Of a DNA stretch of 64,000 nt, positions 26,246 to 38,387 are shown piece after piece (positions within the stretch are counted from its first letter, which is position 1; each line of letters starts with the position of its first letter). The notes beneath the pieces are model-generated. The model searched no databases, was not told the origin of the DNA, and was given only the letters and a program-made list of their open reading frames with translations. The stretch is from Octopus vulgaris (taxonomy: Eukaryota), in contig OX597823.1 of NCBI GenBank assembly GCA_951406725.2, positions 85,808,001 through 85,872,000 on the forward strand, given 5' to 3'. Made by a program: the position numbers and the translations under genes.

Positions 26246-27644
26246 GCACATCATATGTGATGTGATGTGTAAAGTCATGTGGTGTAGTGAGGAGAAGAGG
26301 GGGAGGGGGAGAAGAGGGGGAGAGAAGGGGAGGGGAAGAAGAGGGGGAGGAGAAGGGGGAGATGAGAGGATGGGGGAGAAGGAAGGGGATGAGGGGGATG
26401 AAGGAGGAAAGAGGGAGAGGGGAGAGAGAAGGGGAGAGAGGGAGTGAGGGAGCAGAGGGAAGGGGAAGAGGGAGGGAGAAAGAGGGAAGAAGGGAAGGGG
26501 AGTAGGGGTGAAAGGATGAAGGACTGAAGAAGTAGGGGTCGGGGGAGAAAGGATAGGTGAGGAGGGGGGAGAGGGGGGTTAGATGAGGAGGGGGAGAGGG
26601 GGTTAGATGAGGAGGGGGAGAGTTGAGACCAAATGGCGTATAAGAGCGAATAGAGAAGATTAATTCCTGTTCACGGCGCAAACGGGAATCCGGATGGCCT
26701 CTGTGTAAGGACAAACCGAACACAGATAGGTGTTGCAAGGAGTGACCGGTGGAGCGGAAATGGCGTGAGACCGGTGTGTCGTTCGCAAGGTGGATGTCAC
26801 GAAGGTGTTCCGCGAACCGGTCAGCCAAGCGGCGTCCCGTTTGTCCGATGTACAAGGAATTGCAGAGGGAGCAAGAGATGCAATAGATAATATTGCTGGA
26901 GGTGCAGGTGAAGGAGTGGATGATGGGATAGGGTCGATGGTGGGTGCTAGTGAGGCGGGTGGTGTTGGAGAGGTAAGGGCAAGTGCGGCAACGTGGGCGG
27001 GAGCAGGGGAACGAGCCGGGTTGGGAGGTAGGGTCAGGGAAGGAGCTATGGACCAAAAGGTCTCGAAGGTTGTGGGCTCGTTTGAAAGAGGGGAGGGGTC
27101 GGTTAGGGAAGAGGTGTGAAGTGGACGGGTCGGACTGGAGATGACGGAAAGCTCGAAGAATGGTGCGTTGGAGACGTAGGGTCGTGGGGTGGTAAGTGAG
27201 GGGAAAAGGGAGGCGGGAGACTACAGGGCGGGTTCGGGGAGAGAGAGCAGATACACGGTCCACGGACCGTGCTCTGGCAAGGGCGGTGTGGATAGTGGTG
27301 AGGGGGTATCCACGTAGGGTGAAGTGGTGAGCCATACGTTGAGACTGAGTCTCAAAGTCATGGTCGTCACTACAGAGCCTACGTAGACGGAGGAATTGGG
27401 AATAGGGGATGGAAAGCTTGGTGTGTTCTGGGTGGGAGGAAGAGAAGTTGAGGTAGGAGTGTGAGTCTGTGTGTTTGTAGTGAATGGAGGTGGTAAGAGT
27501 GGAGTGAAGAATGCTAACCGAAATGTCGAGGAAGGAGACAGAGGTGTTGGAGATAGTGGAAGTGAAGTGGAGGGCTGGATGGAAAGATTGGACGAAAGAG
27601 AGGAAGGAATCTAGATGTTCGCGGGAGAGTGAGGTGGCACCGAT
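26238..27644 (-). CDS. Penelope-like RT C-terminal part + GIY-YIG endonuclease (5'-truncated, uninterrupted frame)
   Basis: In-frame extension upstream of ORF 26238..27335: IGATSLSREHLDSFLSFVQSFHPALHFT..VSFLDI..HYKHTDSHSYLNFSSSHP..SIPYSQFLRLRRLCSD; then CSRPRCRTC, FTCTSSNIIYCISC..LYIGQTGRRLADRFAEH..REQELI..PFGLN. Confidence 0.92.
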   Translation of the reverse strand: MGATSLSREHLDSFLSFVQSFHPALHFTSTISNTSVSFLDISVSILHSTLTTSIHYKHTDSHSYLNFSSSHPEHTKLSIPYSQFLRLRRLCSDDHDFETQSQRMAHHFTLRGYPLTTIHTALARARSVDRVSALSPRTRPVVSRLPFPLTYHPTTLRLQRTILRAFRHLQSDPSTSHLFPNRPLPSFKRAHNLRDLLVHSSFPDPTSQPGSFPCSRPRCRTCPYLSNTTRLTSTHHRPYPIIHSFTCTSSNIIYCISCSLCNSLYIGQTGRRLADRFAEHLRDIHLANDTPVSRHFRSTGHSLQHLSVFGLSLHRGHPDSRLRREQELIFSIRSYTPFGLNSPPPHLTPSPPPHLTPLSPLLTYPFSPDPYFFSPSSFHPYSPSLLPSFSLPLPLPSAPSLPLSPSLSPLPLSSFIPLIPFLLPHPLISPFSSPSSSPPLLSPSSPPPPLLLTTPHDFTHHITYDVPY

Positions 27645-27645
27645 A

Positions 27646-27801
27646 TGTCCCCGTCACTTAGCGGTTCGGCAAAAGAGACCGATAGAGTAAGTACTGGGCT
27701 TACAAAGAATAAGTCCCGGGGTTGATTTGCTCGACTAAAGGCGGTGCTCCAGCATGGCCGCAGTCAATGACTGAAACAAGTAAAAGAGTAAAGAGTAAGA
27801 G
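27646..27801 (+). mobile_element. SINE family A 3' half fused to the PLE truncation point
   Basis: gtccccgtcacttagcggttcggc..gactgaaacaagtaaaagag. Confidence 0.85.
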
Positions 27802-27852
<51 letters not shown>

Positions 27853-28349
27853 ATGTGTGTATAATATAGATACATATATGAATGCATACATATATAAACG
27901 GATATTTATATAGACACATACATATATATCCATAAACAAAGGCAGCCACATAGATATACCTACACAAAACACACACCGTTTTCGTATTTCTTTCTCATAC
28001 TGTATACAACACAATCAATACAAATAACTGAGACATTTACATTAAACAAATATATACCACGTGATCATGCCTCTTTATTTCTTTCTCTCTCTCTCTCTCT
28101 CTCTCTCAGTTTCTCAGTCCACTCCTGCCTGTTCCTCATACCACATCCCAGATCATTCTTTCTATGGCATTATTTCGACCTTATTGACTCAACTGGCAAC
28201 TTTTCCCAACAAAATGACTAAAATCCCAAGTCATTTAGTCATTTCTTCTTCTACTTAGGAGTTCCCTAAGCAGTCATTTCTTGTTACACTTTATCATCAT
28301 CGTCGTCGTTTGTCAGCGTCGTCTCCCCGTCAGGATAATGACCAAGAGC

Positions 28350-28690
28350 ATCTTTCTTCTTTTTCTTCTTCTTCTTCCTTTTCTTCTTCTTCTTCTTCTT
28401 CTTCTTCTTCTTCTTCTTCTTCTTCTTCTTCTTCTTCTCTTTCTTCTTCTTCTTATTCTCTTTCTTCTTCTTCTCCTCCTCCTTCTTCTTCTTCTTCTTC
28501 TTTTTCTCTTTCTTCTTCTTCTTCTTCTTCTTCTTCTTCTTCTTCTTCTTCTTCTTCTTCTCCTATTCATTCACTTTCTCCTCCTCATTTTTCTCATTGA
28601 TAATACCTTTATTCAAGACGGAATAGTGATAGTCACCAATATTTTCTGCATCTGTCTGTCTGTCTGTCTCTGTCTCTCTCTCTGTCTCTC

Positions 28691-28761
<71 letters not shown>

Positions 28762-28802
28762 CTCTCTCCCTCTCTCTATCTATCTATCTATCTATCTTTC
28801 TG

Positions 28803-28853
<51 letters not shown>

Positions 28854-28898
28854 GTCTATCTACCAATCTATCCATCTCTCTGTATGCCTGTATGTCTG

Positions 28899-28947
<49 letters not shown>

Positions 28948-29066
28948 ATATCTACTTGTCTGTCTGTTTGTTTGTCGGTCTGTGTCTTTCTCTGTCTGTC
29001 TGTATGTCAGAATTATTATTATTGTTACTGCTACTACCACTACTACTACTATTATTATTATTATTA

Positions 29067-29140
<74 letters not shown>
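28350..29140. repeat. (TTC)n, (TATC)n and (TTA)n microsatellite cluster
   Basis: Directly visible. Confidence 0.95.
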
Positions 29141-29357
29141 TAGCACGCCGAGTACAATACTTAGCGGCATTTCGTCCGTCAATACATATTGCGTTCAAAT
29201 TCCGCCAGGGTTGACTTTACCTTTCACATTTCTGGGATCGATGTCATTGTCTTACTCCCACCCGCCATACTGAAATTCTTGGTTTTGTACCAAAATTTGA
29301 AATCATTATTATAATCATCATCATCATCATCATCATCATCATTATTATTATTGTGTG

Positions 29358-29390
<33 letters not shown>

Positions 29391-29438
29391 CAGTAGTATC
29401 TCTCTCTATATATATACAGATATAGATACATACATACA

Positions 29439-29528
<90 letters not shown>

Positions 29529-29530
<2 letters not shown>

Positions 29531-29730
29531 AGAGTTTACGAAAAAAACAAAAGACAAAGACAGGTGGTGTACAAAACAAACAGATGTATTAGTATAACGC
29601 TCATAATTGAAAACGTCTTTTACGTTTCGAGTATACGCTCTTCTATAGAAAGGGACACAGAAAAAACAAGGAGATAAACAAGGAAAGAAAAAAATGTGTG
29701 TAGTGGCTAACGATCTATCATGACGATGGA
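29529..29730 (-). mobile_element. Solo PLE pLTR-like fragment with decayed HHR (29617-29652)
   Basis: Homologous to 25588-25797; core decayed to ctataga. Confidence 0.75.
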
Positions 29731-29737
29731 AATGCAC

Positions 29738-29810
<73 letters not shown>

Positions 29811-29845
29811 TATATATCTGTGTGTATATATATAGACATATATGT

Positions 29846-30038
29846 GACCTCGTGTGTACCGTTGACGATTTTTTTCCTCTGTCTTCCCTTCTCTGGATCT
29901 TTCCTTCTCCTATGTTTCCGACGAAGAGCTCCGCTCGAAACGTTAAACCCTCCTTCTTTCCTGAGCGTCCAATAACACTATATTTGTTCCACGTCTTCGC
30001 GTTGTGTTTTTTTTGTGCTTTCTTGTCTGGATTAACTA
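29846..30038 (+). mobile_element. Solo PLE pLTR-like fragment with minimal HHR (29914-29948)
   Basis: gttt-CCGACGA-a-gagc/tcc/gctc-GAAA-cg-TT-aaac; homologous to 35105-35309. Confidence 0.75.
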
Positions 30039-30094
30039 GACATATACATATGTATATACATAAGTGTGCATATATATATATTTATACACATTTG

Positions 30095-30125
<31 letters not shown>

Positions 30126-30927
30126 ATGTATATTAGGCAATTAAATATTGTTTATATGTAGGTTGTGTTTCATTTAGTTATCAACTTAAAATTATACACA
30201 AAAACTTTAAAGTACCATGTAACCTAAGACATAAATGATGTGCCAAAGTACAGCTCAGAAAGTACTTTAGTTAGTTACTGCAACCCAGACTGGTAGAGGA
30301 GAGAATTATCAATCAAAACACCCTTGTTCACCTCGCCACTAAGTACAACAATACATGAACAATCTGGTATAAGTTTTGTATTGTAATATTTATCTGGTGT
30401 TTTGTCGCTTTCATCTGATGAATGCAATACGTTTTTGTGTGTTTAACACGGAGACGTATGGGCTCCAGTAGGCTGGCGTTCTTATTTTCTATAGTGTTTT
30501 GTGAACAATAGCATCGGTGATAGTAGGTCGGCAAAGGACAAATCACTGGTTTGCTGTATATACGATGACCTGTATGACAAGGAATTGCTTGCAAAATTCG
30601 GGTGGAATGCAAGACATAAAATCCTAATTTAGTGTCTTTTTCATATTTATAAATCACTGGTTGATGCACAACTTGCCAGCACAAACTCATAGGCATTTAC
30701 ACGTGCGTATAACATTGAACTTTTACAGATGCACACTCACACACATGCACACGCACTCACACACATATATAGACATGTCTTACTAGTAATTTGACTGCGG
30801 CCATGCTGGTGCACCATATTGATGTTATCTTAGTCGAAAACAGTACATGTTTTTTAAACTCTGGCACCTAATCTATCAGTCTCTTGGCGGAACCACACAC
30901 ACACACACACACACCAATATATATATA

Positions 30928-30972
<45 letters not shown>

Positions 30973-31054
30973 CGTATGTGTGTATGTATATATGCATATA
31001 TAACATATACATATAATACACACTTACATATATATACATACACATATATATGTA

Positions 31055-31108
<54 letters not shown>

Positions 31109-31114
31109 CATATA

Positions 31115-31179
<65 letters not shown>

Positions 31180-31270
31180 TTATGTGTGTGTATAGTTAAT
31201 CCAGAAAAATGAAAGGTCCAAGGAAAGGAAAACGGAGAAAGAAAGTCGCCAATGATACACACGCGGTCAC

Positions 31271-31353
<83 letters not shown>

Positions 31354-32029
31354 TAATATATATATAACATATACATATGACATACATATATAGAGAGATA
31401 GGTAGAACATTCATAACATACATATAACATATGTGTGTGTGTATTTGTATGAGGCGTCTGTATGATGTGGTTGTGCGTGGCTTAGTGTGTTGCACTCCTA
31501 ATCGTAAGATTATTCTTTCGATTTCTGGATCGGGCGATGCACTGTATTCTTGAACAATACACTTTATTTCCTGTCGTTAAGCTGGCAAAAATAAGTAACC
31601 CTGTGACGGACAGGGATTCCGTCCAGGGTTTGAAACCAGGAAACTGGCCTTGTGGGCCTAGGGCTCGGAAGGACGTTCGGCCTTTTTTTCTGATTGGTTC
31701 TGATACATACGAGCTGTACATACGTAAGCTATGTGTAGGATGTAGCTTGTGGTACCAGTGAATACCGCATTTACATCGTCACCACCAATAGCATCACCTC
31801 CATCAACATCATCATCATCATCATCATCACCAGCATTGCCATCAGCACCAATACCATCATCTCCACCTACAGCACAACAATCACAACCGATATCATCATC
31901 AACACCAACACCTTCCTTACTACGATCACCGCTGCCTCCGTCAGCATCACCAACACCATTGTCGCCACCAACAACCAACAGTAGATTCGACAATGATCGC
32001 TGGCAAAATACACGCTTTTTCTTTTTTCT

Positions 32030-32249
32030 CTCATTTCTCTTTTACTTCTTTCAGTCATTTGACTGCGACCATGCTGGAGCACCGCCTTTACTCGAGCAAA
32101 TCGACCCCAGGACATATTCTTTGTAAGCCTAGTACTTATTCTATCGGTCACTTTTGCCGAACCGCTAAGTTGCGGGGACGTAAACACACCACCATCGGTT
32201 GTCTAACGATTTTGAGGAGACAAACACAGACATACAAACATATACTCAC

Positions 32250-32323
<74 letters not shown>

Positions 32324-32485
32324 GACGGGCTTCTTTCAGTTTCCGTCTACCAAATCCTCTCATAAGGCTTTGGTCGGACCGAGGTTATAGTAGAAAACAC
32401 TTGCTCAAGGTGCCACGCAGTGGGACTCAACCCAGGACCATGTGGCTAGTAAGCAAGCTACTTACCACTCAGCCACACCTGCGCC
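32030..32485 (-). mobile_element. SINE family A, full length
   Basis: Reverse complement of the 1990-2399 family. Confidence 0.85.
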
Positions 32486-33330
32486 TATACTAAATACAAA
32501 TTTTAAAAAAAAACAAGACCCTAGACGTATATCAAACAGTAAGTAAATAAAAACAAATAACAAATAGGCAACAACAAAATAAATCATAACAAAAAATAAT
32601 TAAATGTTTATGTATTTTTTATTCATTAATCCAGTCATTTCTCTTTTATTTTTTTTTTTTTTAATTACATTTTTATCTATATCTTTATTTTCATTTCTCT
32701 TTAATTTTATATATTTTTTTGGTTTACTTACTGCTCGTGGTACAGTGTTTGCTTTAATTTTCGTTTTTGTTGCCTGCTGTTGTTTGTTCTTCATTGCTTA
32801 CCTTCTTTATATCGATGTTGTTTACGTTGTTATCATAGACATCATTGAAGATACAATTATGTAGATGAGAGTTTTAATCTTGGCTCTGCTTCTTCGCCGA
32901 AAGCTAAACCATGCAAGAACAAAAGGCAAGCATGTGTATACTAATGTAATAAACTGTTTACGTTGGAATAATCGCACACAAACATGCGGTTACCTTCATC
33001 TGCATCTATTTATGTATCTGTCTGTCTATTCATCTATCTATCTATCGCCCTCTTTCACATTTAGAAGGCTTATTCGAGTTAAATTTTAGGTATCATCCTT
33101 ACGTTAAGGCAATTTTGTTTTTAGTTCCCCCTAGGAAAAGGTAATACTTATAGTTTGATATTAGTTTTGTACTGTATACAAACGTATCAGCCGAAATTGC
33201 GAAGATGATCCGGTTCTTGACTGAAGATTGAAGGCTTCGAATGTCCCGTCCGTGTTTTTTGTATCGTCTTCTAAATGTTTCACGTTCTTGTCCCAGTTTG
33301 TATTTTTTTACATTTACATATATATATATT

Positions 33331-33418
<88 letters not shown>

Positions 33419-33514
33419 ACTGCCTATCTATCTATATGTCTATGTATGTATGCATGCATGTTATTGTTCAGTTTTGTTTCAAGATTTTTAAAATGCAATT
33501 TTAAAGGTTGTTTA

Positions 33515-33562
33515 TTCACTTGACCGGTTTCCCTTTTTTAGAAAAAGATTGTCAAATGTAAA
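33515..33562 (-). ncRNA. Third copy of the U3-A8 hammerhead
   Basis: Same sequence as 18445-18492 with one stem I mismatch. Confidence 0.6.
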
Positions 33563-34190
33563 ATGTAAAGCTTTTACAAAGCTTTGTTATATTAAGTACT
33601 GGTTGTCACAAAACATTACAATACATATATACATTCTTTGATAATAAGAAGAAAATGCTAAAAACGGTTTTCTGAGAAAACGAAAATATGCTAAGACAGT
33701 TCATCAATATGCTTAGACAGATCAGTTCATCAAAGGGCTGAGTAATTTCTGTGGTCCCGGCCTATGGTTGGTGAGAGTCAAAATATCAGATAGGATATTT
33801 CGGTTGTATACACAGGGAAACCAACCCTATAAATATTTAGCGCCTAAGGAGCTGGTCCAAATAACGCATTATTTCTAAATAGTACGTTGATGGAATAATC
33901 TAGAGTGTACGACAAGTCGTAAATCCTCTTGATGTATTATAATCAAAGGAATAATACCATACGATGGATAATCATCCGTCTATTACAGCTGTTTCTCATG
34001 TAATTTTTTTATCGAAGAAAAAGAACATTACATCATTATAAAAGACTGTAATCATCAGAAGAGAAGTAATTCTACAAACGAAACAATATCCGAAGAATAC
34101 AGCAAGGATGTGGCTGAAGTCGGTAGAGGTCAACTATGAAATTATTTATCATATGTCATTATTCAATTGATTATACGTGGATGGATGGAA

Positions 34191-34566
34191 GCACTCCGTC
34201 GGTTACGACGTCGAGAGTTCCGATTGATCCGATCAACGGAACAGTCTGCTCGTGAAATTAACGAGTAAGTGGCTGAGCACTCCACAGACACGTGTACCCT
34301 TAACGCAATTCTCGGGGATATTCAGCGTGACACAGTGAGTGACAAGGCCGGCCCTTTGAAATACAGGTACAACAGAAACAGGAAGTAACAGTGAGAGAAG
34401 GTTGTGGTGAAAGAGTACAGCAGGGATCACCACCATCCCCAGCCGGAGCCTCGTGGAGCTTTAGGTGTTTTCGCTCAATAAACACTCACAACGCCCGGTC
34501 TGGGAATCGAAACCGCGATCCTATGATCGCGAGTCCGCTGCCTTAACCACTGGGCCATTGCGCCTC
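34191..34566 (-). mobile_element. SINE family C, full length
   Basis: tRNA-like head gaggcgcaatggcccagtggttaaggcagcggac..ggtttcgattccc on the minus strand. Confidence 0.85.
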
Positions 34567-35104
34567 TTGATTATATGTATATGGTAAATGAAAGACGGAA
34601 GATGGAAGATACGAGAATTTTTATTAATCACAATTGTTTCGACACATCTGGCATTGATCCATCACGGGTAGAATACTTACAACTGGTTCAGGAGTATCCG
34701 TCGGTGCAGATGTGTTTCTTCGGGGAATAAATAGATATAACTCGCTAAATAACAGTTCCATAAAGTACATTCTCATTTCGTGTAAAGAAAAGCAGCCAAA
34801 TAAAGGATATATCTTCATTTATGTGGAAGATAAAAAATAAAGTATCAGATGCAAAAAAGAAACGAACGCGCAATACTGCGAGAAAAGTATTCAAAATGAA
34901 CGTTTGCGGATATGGATGTATAAGCGCCCTCACGTAGGCTGCATGGCGCATGTACACTCGCTCGTACAAGCATCCACGATGTAAGTACATGCACGTGTGG
35001 TTTGGTTCACACCCGTTCACATAGCCAGTTAAATAACAACTTGGAGTTTATAAGAATGAGGAGGTGAAAGCTAAACTTAAATCATCCATAGGTTAATCAA
35101 ATTC

Positions 35105-35307
35105 ACCGGGAGTGTACCGTTGGCTATTTTTTCCCTCCGCCTTCCCTTCTTTGGATCTTTCCTTTTCCTATGTTTCTGACGAAGGGATCCTCTTCGAAAC
35201 TTTAAACCCTCCTTCTTTCCTTCTTTCCTGAGCATCCAATAATACTATATTTGTTCCACGTCCTCGCGTTAGTGTGTTTTCTCTTTGTGTTTTCATGTTT
35301 GGATTAA

Positions 35308-35309
<2 letters not shown>
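35105..35309 (+). mobile_element. PLE pLTR-like fragment with HHR (35172-35207)
   Basis: gttt-CTGACGA-a-..-GAAA-ct-TT-aaac; ends ggattaact before (TA)n. Confidence 0.7.
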
Positions 35310-35344
<35 letters not shown>

Positions 35345-35462
35345 AATTCCCCACCACCCAAAAAAAAAGAGAACAAGAACAGACACAAGACAAAAACTCA
35401 ACAATGCGAGGACGTGGTATATGCAAAGAATTAGCAGATGCTTAGGAAAGGAAAGAAAGGTG

Positions 35463-35498
35463 GTTTTACGTTTCGAGCAAAAACTCTTCTTCAGAAAC
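35463..35498 (-). ncRNA. Minimal PLE-type type I hammerhead, intact core
   Basis: gttt-CTGAAGA-a-gagt/tttt/gctc-GAAA-cg-TA-aaac. Confidence 0.7.
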
Positions 35499-35733
35499 AA
35501 GAGCCAGAGGAAAGTCCAAAGAAAGAGAAAACAGGAAAAAAAAAATATATATATGTAGATTTATGTATATATTTATGTGCGTATATATATATACATATAT
35601 CTATATACTAATATATATCTATGTGTATATATATATTTATATATTTATATATATATATGTGTATACGTATTTATATATATATATGTATATATATATATAA
35701 ATATGTATATATGTATATATATACATATATATA

Positions 35734-35781
<48 letters not shown>

Positions 35782-35787
35782 AGTGTG

Positions 35788-35838
<51 letters not shown>

Positions 35839-36159
35839 ATCTATACATAATTATGTATGTTTGTAAATGCAAACACTAGCATTATATGTTATAACGTAAA
35901 TGTATGTATGCCTGTGTGTGTGTGTATGTATGTATGTATGTATGTATGTATGTATGTATGTATGTATGTATGTATGTATGTATGCGTGTCCACAGACCGG
36001 GTGAAAACCGCAACACACACAAGAAGAAGAACAACAACATCAATAATAAAATAAGAAAACAAGAAAACATAGAACGTCTGTAAGAGAGATAACATTGCAG
36101 GAATGTCTTTGATCATAATATGCCTGCCCGAACTGAGACGAAACAACATCGGTGATATC

Positions 36160-36195
36160 AACAACGGCAACAACAACAACAACAACAACAACAGC

Positions 36196-36228
<33 letters not shown>

Positions 36229-36781
36229 AACAACAACAACAGCGGTGATGACGACAACCACAAAAAACAACATCAATAACAACAACGGTGATAATAGTAA
36301 CAACAGCAACAGCAACAACAACAACAACAACAACTACTACAACAAAAACAGCAGCAGCAGCAACTGCAGCAGCTAAAAAGAACAGGAAGAGCAGAAGCGA
36401 AGTGCACGATAACAATAAAAAAACAGCAACAACAACAGCAATAACAATTAAAAGACAAAAACATTAGCATCAGCAGCAGCAGCAACAACAACAACAACAA
36501 CAAAACAACGACAATATTCGCAAGAACAATAACAACAACAGTAGCAACTGCAACAACAACAACAACAACAACAGCGATGGCGACGGCTGCACCATGAAAA
36601 ATGATGGCAGAACGATTGCAATTTGGTTTGATATAATTAACTGTTTTGTTTAGAAATATAGCAACGGAAACGATTTTGAATGTAATTAAGACGTGGTGGG
36701 CATGTTTAGAAGACTTTTTTCAAATGTAGACCTGCGCGTGTTCAGAGCTGATTTGCTGCTTCGTAGCAATGACCGATGACG

Positions 36782-36812
<31 letters not shown>

Positions 36813-36822
36813 TGACGATGAC

Positions 36823-36884
<62 letters not shown>

Positions 36885-36988
36885 TGATGATTATGATGAT
36901 GTTGATGATGATGATGATCGAAAGGAAGAGAGCAGTGGATGTTGAGAAAGGTGATGTCGATGAGGATGTTGATGAGGATAATGCCGCG

Positions 36989-37061
<73 letters not shown>

Positions 37062-37146
37062 CAGATCATGATGATCATCATCATCATGATCGAAGTGAAC
37101 AGATCCTGTGGGAAGTGGCTATGGTGATGATGATGAAGATGATGAA

Positions 37147-37186
<40 letters not shown>

Positions 37187-37285
37187 CGGAAGCATACCAT
37201 CGGCATTAAGCACCATCGCCGTCGTTCTCGTTGACGTTGTCGTCACCATTATCATCATCATCATCATCATCATCATCACCATCAC

Positions 37286-37341
<56 letters not shown>

Positions 37342-37352
37342 CCATCACCAGT
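36160..37352. repeat. (CAA/CAG)n, (GAT/GAC)n and (CAT)n trinucleotide tracts
   Basis: Directly visible. Confidence 0.95.
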
Positions 37353-37478
37353 CCCATAATCCTGAGCTTGCAGCAGCAACTGCAATAACTGCAGAAACGG
37401 TTTAACGAGAGATCCTGTTCGTGGCTGCACAGGCAACCAGAAATAGCAACCAAATCTCTCTCTCACGCTTTTTTTCTT

Positions 37479-37511
<33 letters not shown>

Positions 37512-37585
37512 CTGTCTGTTCGTCCGTGTGTTTGTCTGTTCGTCCGTGTGTCTGTCTGTCTGTGCATGTGTTTCTTTGTCTATCG

Positions 37586-37624
<39 letters not shown>

Positions 37625-37625
37625 G

Positions 37626-37664
<39 letters not shown>

Positions 37665-37742
37665 GATCTCACTCTCTCTCTTTCCCCCTCTCTGTCTGTC
37701 TATTAGTCCGTGCGTCTGTCTGTATGTCTGTCTCTGTCTGTA

Positions 37743-37780
<38 letters not shown>

Positions 37781-38387
37781 AGAACGATCTCATCTCTTTT
37801 GTTCCTTTCAAAAAACAATACACATCATTGAAATACACTTGATCTGGTATTTGAAAATAAATGACTTAAAAGACCAAGCCATCAAAATAAATGAATAAAT
37901 AAATAAATGAGAAACAAATTCGCTGTTGATCGACTAGCTAAAAACAATAGCTAAATTGTCCATCAATGTGTTAATGCTAATGTGTTAGACATTAATGTGT
38001 TGGAGCTTTCCAAGCTCTGAGTTCAAACCACGCCATGATCAAATATTAACCTTTATTCATTCTGGTTCGAAAGTGAGGATAATAGAAATCTGATTCAGGA
38101 CGCCAAATTTGCAGAATTGTTAAGGCAGTGACAAGAATGCCTTTCCTGTTGCGTCTGTTCTGGCCCTATGCATTCATCGTAAACATCATCATCGTCATCA
38201 TCTTCGTAGTCATTATCATCAATTAACGTCCAGTTTTCAGTGCATGCATGGGTGAGTCACAATTTGTTGAGACAAATTATCTATAGCCGGATGCTCTCGC
38301 TGACGCCAACCATCAACTTTCATGCAAGGCATTATTTTCCTATATCTTGGCATGTTTCTTGCAGAAGATTGGAAAATAACGACCTTA

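Larger units (their letters stand above)
25586..27644 (-). mobile_element. 5'-truncated Penelope-like retroelement (RT C-terminus + GIY-YIG + 3' pLTR)
   Basis: Open RT-thumb/GIY-YIG frame; 3' region with minimal HHR; 3' end abuts (TA)n. Confidence 0.92.

Noticed and set aside
26238-26620. Pro/Ser-rich C-terminus of the PLE protein as a real domain
   Set aside because: Read-through into a pyrimidine-rich low-complexity tract after the usual GLN end motif.
28281-29273. 330-aa ORF as a membrane protein
   Set aside because: Translation of (TTC)n, (TATC)n and (TTA)n microsatellites.
30328-30696. 122-aa non-repetitive ORF as a host exon
   Set aside because: No recognisable motif or partner exons; needs BLASTX to go further.
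33210-33250. Hammerhead at ctgaaga..gaatgtc
   Set aside because: GAAA and helix III are disrupted; too degenerate to call.
36686-37453. Poly-M/H/R ORF
   Set aside because: Trinucleotide tracts that stay open in several frames; no domain signal.
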